A stretch of 63,568 nucleotides of DNA, filler included, from Lenisia limosa (Eukaryota; Protista; Breviatea): NCBI GenBank assembly GCA_001655205.1. It is 10 parts of 10 records of this genome, joined end to end, with 100 filler letters (N's around TTAATTAATTAA, not from the genome) between each part and the next. Parts side by side here need not be neighbours in the genome. Positions count along the whole stretch, not along the records: positions 12,551 to 28,051 come from LPNZ01007934.1; 9 more parts are not named here. One strand, written 5' to 3'. The notes below the pieces were generated by a model. The model was not told where the DNA came from, searched no databases, and was given only the letters and a program-made list of their open reading frames with translations. Position numbers and translations under genes: made by a program. Positions within the stretch are counted from its first letter, which is position 1; the number at the start of each line of letters is the position of its first letter. Below are positions 12,655 through 23,849 of the stretch, piece after piece.

Positions 12655-15377
12655 TTGGTGTCTCTCATTGCACTCATGCCCCTTCTGACACCTCTTCCTT
12701 ACATTGTTCTTGCCGCGATCATCGTTGTCAGCTGCAGAACTGCAATTGACTACAACCGGGCCATTGTAAGAGGGTCAAAAGAGAAAATAGCTCAATATTA
12801 ATCGTGTTATTGTAAAAGAAGGAGGGGGGTCTCGGAACAACATGCCAATTGAAGCATTGTTTGGTAACTTTTTCACGGTTTAGCTTCTATTCCGCACCAA
12901 CAAGCCCGACTTTTTGGTGTGGATCGCAACATTCACAGCATGCCTCATTTTCGGTGCTTCTACTGGGCTAATGATTGGTGGGAGGCTTGTAACTTTATAC
13001 CCGTAATATGGTGCTGGTCTTTCTTTGTGATACAAAATGAAGTACTGGGTTAGCAAATATATAGTATATGACATTCTACCTCTATTATACATGGTAGATA
13101 AAAAGAATACAATTTCCCCCGTATTTCGACCTGGAACAGCCACTGAACATCACACCGCGTGAATAAAACAAATAATTAAACTGCGGGGCCATTGACTCTC
13201 TAGGAGTGGTTGTTTCCTTCTTTGTGTATCTTCGTCTTGCGGCCACGCCATTGGCCTGGGTTGTCAAACCCATCGCATTAGCTAAAGATGACGACCCCGT
13301 TATCCCAGGTATGATCATTGATATTCTACTTCTCAAATATTCGATTGCTTACAATAGCGTTTTTCTGTAATGCTCCAAAACATATCAGATAACAAACTTT
13401 TAATCGGCTTCATTTTAACCAATCACCCTCTTTAGCCTTGTCTCCTGACGCCCCTGTGGTCATTTCTCCGTCAATGGGTCAGACCATCTCTGGTTTGGGG
13501 AATATGATTGCTATCAGTAAAATCTTCTCTCATCTAAAGCCTGTTTTTTTTTTTTTTTTTTTTTNNNNNNNNNNNNNNNNNNNNNNNNNNNNNNNNNNNN
13601 NNNNNNNNNNNNNNNNNACTATTTTACTGATACCCTAGTTGACCGTTATTCCTCCGATATCAGACCAACAACTGCTGTCCCGGACACAGTGGTATACAAA
13701 ACAAAGTCCAAAGCAAGAGGTTGGTCCGAGTTCTAATGTTGTGTCATTTGTATCATCCAAGTTCTAATGTTGTGTCATTGTATCATCCAAGTTCTAATGT
13801 GTCATCTGTATCATCCAAGTTCTATGTTGTGTCATTTGTATTATCCAATATTCGCACGTTTCATCTCGTTGTTTTATTGATTGGAAAATGAATGAAGTGA
13901 CTGTCCAGGTACAGGTAATGCGGAAGTTATGCGGAACAGTATCAACGCAGGATCTGATGAGGTGTTTAATGACGGGATTATGAGTGTTGTCGAGGCTCTA
14001 CCTGGTGTCATCATACTCAAATGGGACGCACCCCTCTACTTCGTCAACTGGTTTGCAAGGATATCTGCCACCATATTTATAAATGGCCTGGTTGACTTGA
14101 GTTGTGTTTGATTTAATCTTGAAACATCGTGTGCAGCAAGTTAACTGCCTTTAGTGACCAATTCGTATCCACAGTGTCTCATCTCTTATCGCTCAACAAA
14201 GTTGGTGTGGACTAACTGCTTTTGTCAGCACCGGCCAATTTCCTTCACCACTCCCCACTCCCCCGCACTCAGACTGGCCTTGGCCCTGTTTTCTGTTATT
14301 TTCAGCCATTTAATTTTGCCTTCTTTATTTTACCCCCCAGCACCCCCTCATTTCCTTCACTGTGGATATGACGTCGGTGTCGCTCATCGATTCGTCAGGG
14401 ACAGATGCCCTCCACAAGGCGGCCAAATTCGTCAACAAAGTGAGGAGGGGGGGGGTAATTTCAAGTCATCCTTATTGTAGTTCAAAGACTTGGGTCAAAA
14501 ATACTGTTTTTCGTGACCAAGTGGTAACCTTATTACTCTTATCTGGCTATTTACCATAATCCACAATTTTATGATACTGATTATCTCCAGCAAAACGGTG
14601 CCTGCCTCCTCTTGGTATCGCCCCCTCTCGAGGCGTTACAGGTTTGCCATCTTCATCTCTCTTAAAATTGAAACACCCATACCAAATCAGTTATTACGCC
14701 AACATGTCCACACTGGTCACACTGTAGGTGATAGGAAAGTCTGGTCTCTTAGGCTCCTCCAACGCGGTGATGTTTCACTTTGATGACAAGGATACAATGT
14801 GCTCTAGTTCCTCCGGATGTCTTTCAAACGTCGTGGATGAGGTAAGTTCTCTACTTGTCTTTCACAAATGGACAAGAAGGAAGTGGTTTCGGACAATAGT
14901 TTTGACTTTGTAGTCTCAATCATCGCCATTCCACATTCCACCGCTGACCGATATGGCCGATCCCCTTGACCACGAAAGCCACCGACTGGCCCACATTCTG
15001 GTCAAGCACTGGAGCCAGGGTGGCGGCGTGTTTGTTGTGCAGACCGTTGATATTGCCGTCAGAGTGGGGAGGGGAGAGTATGGCGTTTTGCCAAAGACTG
15101 AATTCCTCAATGTTGCCCTATTTAGTCGGAAATAATTTTTGTTTATTTGTAGTTTTCTATTNNNNNNNNNNNNNNNNNNNNNNNNNNNNNNNNNNNNNNN
15201 NNNNNNNNNNNNNNNNNNNNNNNNNNNNNNNNNNNNNNNNNNNNNNNNNNNNNNNNNNNNNNNNNNNNNNNNNNNNNNNNNNNNNNNNNNNNNNNNNNNN
15301 NTTAGACGTCGTCTGTCATGATCAACGCGTTCAAAGAAACAGCCTTCAAGTGCTCCCTACCAAGGTTTAGCGGCTGA
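12655..15377 (+). CDS. SLC26/SulP anion (sulfate) transporter, C-terminal TM segments plus STAS domain, 5' truncated
   Basis: Exons: LMPLLTPLPYIVLAAIIVV, LFRTNKPDFLVWIATFTACLIFGASTGLMI|GVVVS, EALPGVIILKWDAPLYFVN, VDMTSVSLIDSSGTDALHK (STAS signature), QNGACLLLVSPPLEALQ|VIGKSGLL; likely stop TGA 15375-15377. Confidence 0.9.
13735..13850. repeat. Intronic minisatellite, ~30-nt unit, ~4 copies
   Basis: TCTAATGTTGTGTCATTTGTATCATCCAAGT repeated with variants. Confidence 0.85.
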
Positions 15378-15872
15378 GCTTCCAACTCTCTCCTTAAATA
15401 CGAGACAATTTTGTTTTTACCACTACCTTTAGTCTTAAAGTCTTCATTCTCTTGACAATTTAGGGGTATGAGTGGATTGTTTACAGAGCAGTGCAATTTA
15501 CTGAACTCTGAAAGCAGTCAGGTATAAATGTCTTTTATCGGCCATTCTAAAGCATATGGCTGTTATGGTATTGTTAGATGAAATGCATAGTTATATTGTA
15601 TCTTGAGAATGCGCTCTTTTTTTGGTGTTATTATTCCAACACAAATGGACTGTGTGGGAGAAGTGCCAATGTTTTTATTTTCTGGGGAGGAGCAAAAAGT
15701 TATACGAGCAAAAAAAAGTGTTTTTTTCATTGTAAAACGTGGATAGTCTAGTTGTTGCTTACAAAAAAAGACTGGTGTTTCTGATGAAACAGTTTATTAA
15801 AAACATAAAAAAAAACAGAATCAGTGAAAAACTGACAGCCTCTTCGAGGACTTAAAACGAACGAACAACTGA

Positions 15873-18453
15873 TCAAAGCTTGGCTCGTAGCAACTTCGGT
15901 ATTGACATTTGACTAACGGGAGGTTCCGGCGTGGATATGGCGGAAAGATCGTCATGAGCCGCAGCCGCGGGGGAGGGCGAGTTTGAGGCTTCGCGAGCCG
16001 CCTTTTCGGACTGATTCGCCACCTCCATCAGACGCTTCATTTCAGGCTGAATGTCAGAGGTGCAAACAGGGGCAGAATAGTGTCTGTCACATGGCTCGTA
16101 GACTGAATTGGTTCAAAGCACGGGAGCCTAGGGATCTCACATTCTCCCCACCATACCCGAAGCTTGAAGCTCCGTTCGTCATCGCCCTCAACTGTCCTGC
16201 TTGATATTGAGGGGCCACTGGCGGCTGAAGCGAATCAAAAGATATCATATCATATGCATAATGATGAGGCAATGTAAGTCACAAAGTTTGTCTGACTGAA
16301 TTTTGTTATCATACCTGCAGTGACACTGGAACCATGCTCGGATGTACCCTCCCCGCTGTCGGTATTCAAATGACAGGCGTGGTATAGGAGGGGAGGAGCA
16401 TAGCCGCTACGACTGCCTCCAAGCACAACTGAGTCCAATCCACTGTAATGCCCTGTTCGGTTAGCGAAAGCAAAATGATAACACAGTATAAAGAGAATGT
16501 GAATAACACATAAAAAAAATCCGCTCCCCACCTCTAATATGCTGCACACAAATGTGGTGACCAATGGCACCAAGGGTTTTGAAGGAACCCAGGGCTTCAA
16601 ACTCCTCCAACGGCATCCACTGACACGCCTTGATTTCAATCTACTCGTGTCACGAAAGGAAAAAAACCACAATATTAGATCGAGCCCAAGCTATCCACCT
16701 CATTATATTGTCTGTTGCTCGTAAGATAAATTTAAAAAGAAGAATAAGATTGAATTTGAAAAAAGGGCATGGCTACTGCCCTTTGATTATCTCCACATTA
16801 CCACACTACTATTTCATCCACCTACCGGATCCATTGAGGCATGACTGTCAATAGGGTTCAAGCGGAAGGCAAAATAGATATCCGACTGGTTAAATCGGAA
16901 TCCGTGAAGCTGGCGGAGAAAGAGGCATGGTCCTATCAGTGTCATAATGGACATACAAAGAGTATTAGCGATAGCAATTCCACAACATTCGCTGTATATC
17001 GATACGAAATCCAGTTTTACCAAACAAAAAGACAATGGGAATCATTTACCTGGGGTGGTTCGGATTCCTGTCTCCTCAAAAACCTCTCTGACCGCCTGGT
17101 TTGTCAGATGAACAAAAAATATTAATCCTGTCAAGGCGTTTCAAAATAATGACAATAGCTAATCGAAAAATACAAGGCACTACGAATATGAATCGGATGA
17201 TCAACAATCACACTACAAGATGTGAAAGTTTGAACAACGCCTAGCCGGCACCCAGCATACAGCGTCCGATAGGGATTCTCCAACATTGGCAGCACCACCA
17301 GGTAACTTCCAGGAGCCTTTGAGCCCTCCAAATCTCTCTTGGATAACAAGTACCTCGTTCTTTTGGTTCACCACAAGACCTCCCACTCCTAAATAATTCA
17401 ATACATGTAACTTAAATATATCAACAGTATATTTTACCCACCACATGCACACAACTTGTAACACAAATACTTCTTCAAGTGTTAGTGTAAACCCTTTTTA
17501 GTACATATCAGATAAAATCACCTGTAATAATATCCATTAATCACATTGCATTGTGTCCAAAGTCTCTGCGCGTGAATTGCAGCATACCGACATAATTTGA
17601 GGCATAAGCTGGGAGTTTACTTGGGGTTGCAGGGAGCCATTTACAGAGCATTACGTATTCCTAATGGTAATAAAAGAGAAATGGGTCAATGTCTCGAAAA
17701 TTTATTTGTATTGTGTAAGTCATTGTACCAATGGAGATAGCCATCGAGCAATTTATCCAAATTTATTTGAGATAAAACACTTGAATATTGTCCATATGCA
17801 GCTCACATTGGCAAAATAAAAAATTTGTCTTTTTGAACCAAAGTGTAACCCAGTAATATTCCACACAAACCTTTTGGGCGTGGTGGAGCTCAAATAGATG
17901 CTAAAAGGATTACAATTAGGCTTGGTTTTTAAAGCGTGGGTGAAGAGCTGTAATAATACTGTTTTAGGGGATTCTATGAATTACATACATGTATGTGAAT
18001 CAACAGTCGGAGTAGGAAGACCAGTCAATATATTTCGAAATAGAACCCCCGACCTTGAGTGCATGCGGTAAAAGGTGGGTCTTCATCACTGGCAGGCAGA
18101 GCCAAATTCCAGCCCTTCCGGTGTCCCGCCATAATCTCAGGGAATCTGGGGGGAGGGGGAGGTGAACAGAAAACAGCCTTGTTGTATAAATGCGGTTGAT
18201 TCAAAGCTAAATATTTGGGTACACACAAAACAGTTGAGATGATATCAAGTAGCAAATTGACAAGAGAAAGGTTGTATTTGCTGTCGTATAATACCCAGCG
18301 ATGAATGGTTTTGCTGAAGAGCAATTTTGATTTAGCCNNNNNNNNNNNNNNNNNNNNNNNNNNNNNNNNNNNNNNNNNNNNNNNNNNNNNNNNNNNNNNN
18401 NNNNNNNNNNNNNNNNNNNNNNNNNNNNCATCGATGTGCACTGAACCATAGTG
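15873..18453 (-). CDS. NUDT6: NUDT6-like Nudix hydrolase, multi-exon, 5' end unresolved
   Basis: Spliced: SLRLWRDTGRAGIWLCLPV..|FELHHAQK|EYVMLCKWLPATPSKLPAYASNYV|GVGGLVVNQKNEVLVIQER..WKLPGGAANVGESLSDA|AVREVFEETGI (Nudix box)|LRQLHGFRFNQSDIYFAFRLNP|EIKACQWMPLEEF, collinear with NUDT6; ends LLRAKL* (TGA 15873-15875). Confidence 0.88.
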
Positions 18454-19279
18454 CTGGGTAAAAATAAGACAAGAAGAGAAGACAGGAATTGGATCAATAT
18501 TATCGAGGGTTTTTATGTGGTATTACTGCCCTGAATGGAATTTCTTTTCATTATTAGTAATTTATGAAATGAGTATCGACCTTGATTACTGAAAGTAACA
18601 GTTCTTTTTGATGCGAGCTTTTGGAGAGTTATTCACTTTTCCAAGACTTTTTCACAATTAATCAAAAAACTGGGGCCATTTTTGAGATCCAACTTAATTC
18701 CTGATTATGACAGTTCCATGGCGCATGGTTTGCCAAAAACAGCAACAACGGAAGCCACCAAGGGGGAAAACACCCACACCTGAGACACAACCACCCAGTA
18801 GTCTTGCTAAAAATAGGGATCTATTTAAGGTATTATAGAGTATCTGCTGACCGTAAAGGGCTTACCTTATCGACTTTATGGCTGAGAACTTGGTTGACCA
18901 TGATGAAGTATCGGTTAGGGTAGGTTGGCGTCAGGTGCTCTTCAAGTGATTATATAATTATATAAGAAAGACTACACAGCTGAATACAGGACGGCATGAG
19001 CTGTTGGTAACGTTTTGGCAAAAGGAAAGTGAATCGACAAAATTAAATCGTGAATAAATTGCTGAATTTATGAATGTATATGAAAAATTGATTGACTGAT
19101 GCAGATATAGTGTGATATGAAGGCTTGTTTTCCTCTGGTTTTCCTTTCTTCCTTCGTTCCATAAGCCATTCTAGAACAATCTATCTAAATTCCATTACAT
19201 CCCCAGAATATATTTCTTCATATAATTTGCGCCAAAAACCGCTCAAAACTTAATCACCTATTACGTACTTGCTGCTATT

Positions 19280-20977
19280 ATGCACCCTAAATTAGCTAGT
19301 TTAATATTCTGGCCAACTTTGGGCTTCAACTATGTTCGCCACAAAATGATGCCAAGAAGATTCCCTTGGTACTCAAGAGTTGATGACAACGTTGTTCTTG
19401 GTGCTTTCCCCTTCAAGAAGACAGTAATGAAGCTCTATGGTTTGCAACTATCATGGAAAATAATATTTAACATGTGAAAATGGAAGGATTGTCTTGAAAT
19501 TACATATTATTATCATTTGTATGGGGTTACCAAATATGTATCTTTTTTGTTATAATCATGAAACAATAGAAAATCTGAAATGTGACGATAAAGCTGATAA
19601 TTCACTCTTGTAGATGAAGAGAATGTTTCAGCTGTACTCAACATGTGTGGAGAAAAGGAGGGTCCCGTCGGACTGTACGACACCTTAGGTTTGTTTGTGT
19701 CTTGATTCAAGGGGTTCTAATCTAGCTTTTCATTTATCCTTTCGACTGTGACGCAATACTGACCTTACTTCAGAGTTTTTTTGATCACTTTTTTAGGGAT
19801 GAGACATTTGCATATTGTCACCCCTGATTTCACAGAATTGGTAGGTGTATGCCCTTGTTTTATTTCTCGGTAATGTCGTACAAGCTGTGATCTAAGCCTG
19901 ATAAAATACCACTCAATATCTCTGTGAGACTTCTTAAGATTGTTCATAGTCAAAGAGTAACAAACCAGCCATTGAATCTATTGGAGGAAGGCTACGAGTT
20001 CTTGAATGCTCAAATTCTTGAAGGTCGAACTGTTTATGGTTGGTCACGGTGACACTGTTCTTTGAAAGCTCATCCTATTATTAACTTATTATAGTATACT
20101 TATAAATGATATAGGATATCATATCATATGATAATGATGTAAAATTGTATAATACTTGTTTATATCCTGTATGCTGGGGAGGCACCCAAGATAGCTGTGT
20201 GCACAGAGTTGTAAGGCAAATGATTGGGTGAATTTATATGATATTATATTATAATCCAATATCTCTCATAAGCGTGGNNNNNNNNNNNNNNNNNNNNNNN
20301 NNNNNNNNNNNNNNNNNNNNNNNNNNNNNNNNNNNNNNNNNNNNNNNNNNNNNNNNNNNNNNNNNGGTACGGATAGTATATGTATGTATAATACATGTTT
20401 CAAGTACATAAAGCGACTCAATGTCACATTTCCTCTTATAAATATGATTTAAATTATATCGCTGATTTAAGCTAATCACCCTCTTATCACAGCAAATGAA
20501 TTCTCAACTTTCCTCACCCTCCAGTCCACTGTAAGGCAGGACGGGCTCGATCTGCATCAATAGCCCTTCTTCATTTAATGGCAAAAAACAATTTCTGCCT
20601 TCCTGGTAGGCTGTTCTTGGGGAGTTTTTCTCTCACTAGATTGGCCTTTTGGTGAATATTAGGCCATCTAACTAATGTAAGCACCACTTTACGCTTTCAG
20701 ATGAAGCACACCGTGATTTGATTCGAGCGAGGTCCTTTGTCAACAAGGACTTGCCAAACAGAGAAGGCATCAGACAGTGGTGGAGAAGACATAGTAGGCT
20801 TAAACCGACTTTTTGTTGGAGGAGGATGACACTGTTATTATCGTGAGCTCTTGTAGATTTTATATTAATATCAGAGAACTAATGCGTATCGCTTGTTTTC
20901 CTGACTGTTCTTTGATTCAAACATTTGACAAAACAGCTGGTGACGCTGACGCTTCTGTTGCTGCTGTGGATGTCTGA
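19280..20977 (+). CDS. PTPMT1: PTPMT1-like dual-specificity phosphatase (phosphatidylglycerophosphatase)
   Basis: MHPKLASLIFWPTLGFNY..WYSRVDDNVVLGAFPF..AVLNMCGE..HIVTPDFT..GRTVY|VHCKAGRARSAS (HCKAGR P-loop, ~20525-20560); six GT-AG introns; stop TGA 20975-20977. Confidence 0.92.
20191..20277. repeat. Dispersed repeat family B (~130 bp, probable non-autonomous element)
   Basis: AGCTGTGTGCACAGAGTTGTAAGGCAAATGATTGGGTGAATT..CTCTTATAAGCGTGATGGTGTGGACGACTTCGGCCAGATACAACC..TTCTCATTGCTA; copies or fragments at 20191-20277, 26661-26783 (rc), 33567-33620, 50915-50995 (rc), 53946-54070, 54830-54895 (rc), 56268-56394, 58285-58340 (rc) and 58389-58520. Confidence 0.85.
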
Positions 20978-21261
20978 AAAGAGTCCCAAAGCCACCAGTT
21001 ACGTTTAGCCATACAACTCTATCCAGTTCAGAGTTCTCATTCGGCTTTTTCCCGATAGTCTCTTTTTTTTTTTGTATTTATGGTAGTTATAGGTGAGTTA
21101 TGGATGATGGAAATTTGATGTTGGTAAGCATAAACGACAAACTATGGATGCACCTACAAGTAAGCTTAAAGATCATAATCCAAGATATCGTCGTATCATA
21201 TAATTGACACAATAAAACTACAAAACGTCTATTTTACAAATTAGCAAATAAGTGTATACCT

Positions 21262-23134
21262 TTACTTAATCCAAATGTAATGAAGAGTGTTTCCGTTGTA
21301 GCCGTCAATTGGTCCGTAGTCGTCACACTCCCATCGGCCTCCAATCGCGATGTTCCAATGTGAGTTGCTGGCCACATACACAAGATGGTTATTGAGTGGG
21401 TCGTCTCTGACAGTAATTGCCGTGTTCGAGGAGGGCAACTCAGCAGCGTGGTCGTCAAAGGGGATGAAGGTGGTCTGGCCAAATGAAATAATCAGCATTG
21501 AACAGCAACAACTGCAGTATGTTGAAAATGTAAATATAAAAAAACGTTAGATAGACTTCTCCCACTCACCGCTAATGCTGTAGTCGGGTACACTCCGGAG
21601 TTGAAGAACAAATATTTGAGAACAGTGGTGTCTTTGTACCTAGATTTGTGAATAAACCCCAAAATAATGGATATCTCTCTTCAAATCAAGCCTCTCTCAA
21701 ACAGCACTCAAAAATATGGAATGTAAAAATACAAGTTTTGCCCTCTGAGATACATAAAATCCGCATCCTGAACCCCCCTCAAGGTTCTGCTGATGAATCC
21801 TTGAATCATATGGGTTTGACCTTAATACTATTTTTAGTCACCAAAACCCTTAGCTCTACAGCCCTTTCCACTATCAATGAAGCTCACCCCCCTACATGAC
21901 ATGCAGAGGACGGTTGACGGTTGAGCTTTTGCAGTAGAGGCGAACAGCAGTGGGGTTGAACTTGGCAATGTTTGTGCTGTTGGCTTGGCCCCAATCCGAC
22001 TGACCATAGGAAGAATCGCCTGTAATGTGGATGAAGTGAGAAGAAGCAAAAAAACTGTGACATAAAGAGGAACACAATACTCACCCAGACTTCTTTCGGT
22101 GAAGGTGGGGAATCCGGAAAGTTCCTCATACGCCACATCCAAATTGGGCTAGGTGGGTGATTATTCCTCAAAAATACACTGAAATGGGGCTCAAAGTCTG
22201 AAAGTAACTGTGTTATATTATCTCACATTTGCATATGCCAAGATGAGCATCCAGGGACCATTGACTGAATCCAAATCGCAGTAAACCTCAAAAGTCTCCA
22301 TAGAGTCGGTGGTCACGTTGTAGAGCCCTGATTTGCCTATTGTGTGAGTTAGGGTTTCAGTCTACACCCAAAAAAAGACCGTCAAAATATAATTCAAATT
22401 CTAACATTTCTGACTAAAACAGTTTTTTACAAGTCACGACCACTGAAGCTTACAGTTGCCATTTGCCGCTGCATCAGCACATGATTTGATCTGAGTCTTA
22501 TCCACACAGTTCAACTGAGAAGAAATGAGAAAAACTTCACGCAGTTGCTTTTATACTATTCCATGAAGAGATGAAGAAGAATATTTCGTGTATATGGATG
22601 ATTTAAGTCGTTTAACCTCTCTCGACATTTAATTTAATTTATAATATTTTTGAAAACAATAACAACGTGCCACCTTACCCTATCAATTTCAGCTTGCATT
22701 GCGTCCATTTGATTCTAGACATCATAAGTCAGAGTTGAGGGGAAAACACTTTGAGAGTATGCTCATTCACTTTATCAAAAAAGTTCAAGGTCATGTAATT
22801 ATGTTTGGTTTTTTTTAAGGTCACCTTGGGGCGGCCAATTCAATGACAATCGACCAACCTTCATGTCGTAAACAATGCCACCAATCAGGGTGTCGACATA
22901 CTCCTTAGTTGCGGGTGATGAGCTGACCGTCGGTGTGGGCACCCCAAGACCATTGGGAGTGAGGAACCTAAGCTGTTAGATTTGTATTGTGATCTAGCTG
23001 CTTGTCAGAGATGTGACACTGACTTCAAAATGAATTATTCATGAATTAATAACAAGAACACCTCCCGCATACGCATTCTGTTGAGCGAGACAAACTATCA
23101 ACGAAGTCAGGAGAGTTAATAAAAAAAACTTCAT
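21262..23134 (-). CDS. Secreted protein with a fibrinogen-like (YCD-motif) domain, complete, 9 exons
   Basis: Phase-consistent splice: MKFFLLTLLTSLIVCLAQQNA|FLTPNGLGVPTPTVSSSPATKEYVDTLIGGIVYDMK|NQMDAMQAEIDR|LNCVDKTQIKSCADAAANGN|CKSGLYNVTTDSMETFEVYCDLDSVNGPWMLILAYAN|PNLD..|..|..HWNIAIGGRWECDDYGPIDGYNGNTLHYIWIK* (TAA 21262-21264). Has a signal peptide and the SC..SGLY..VYCD..GPWML FReD N-terminal motif. Confidence 0.85.
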
Positions 23135-23286
23135 GCCTTTCGATTAATATATCAATATGAGAACAGAAGAACAGCTGGCAGTGGAGGGGCAGAAAGAGTG
23201 GTGTCTCTTCTATTTGTTGTCTTGTTGCTTGTTGGCCACTTGAAGGCAGGGTTTGTGTAGAGGAGCCTCCTACTCCTTGGTGGTAA

Positions 23287-23479
23287 GGACTCCAGGACCC
23301 AGGATTGTGGCGATCCTGAGATCCTGACCTGATCCTGGCGATCCTGACAATCCTGGCCGATCCTGGGCACAATAAAAACAAACCCTAGTGCGGATCATTT
23401 ACTGGTGATTCTACGCTGATCCTGGGCCCGATCCTGACCGATCCTGAAAAATCTTGGGTGATCCTGGGTCCTGGAGTCC
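23287..23479. mobile_element. Putative 193-bp MITE with perfect 19-bp terminal inverted repeat
   Basis: GGACTCCAGGACCCAGGAT (23287-23305) is the exact reverse complement of ATCCTGGGTCCTGGAGTCC (23461-23479); the interior carries many GATCCTG subrepeats; no clear TSD. Confidence 0.7.
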
Positions 23480-23849
23480 CCTGTTGAGATGTTAATTGAG
23501 AGACCGAAAGACAGAAGAGCCAAGGAGGCGTAGAGGAAGATTCCCAGATTATTCCATTACCCGACATTCCGACATCCGATGCACAAACGTCATCCTCCCA
23601 CAAGCCTCTCACTGCAGTCTTAAATACCTGATGTGGTTCATTGAATCATATTATGATTATTGAGCTGTCTTACTCATGTCTTACTTAGCTATACCACTGC
23701 TATCGGTTGTTACAATTATATTATTTTCACAAGGTTGTGGGTGCGAGCCGTAGGTCCGCTGCTCTCGTCTTTTAGCCACTCCCAACTCTTTAAAAGCACG
23801 AAAATATTCTCTATTTGTTTATTTGTACAACAAAGAAGGTCGAGTTGAA

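Noticed and set aside
15900-16030. GC-rich stretch resembling a structured RNA
   Set aside because: Explained as the last coding exon of the NUDT6-like gene on the minus strand.
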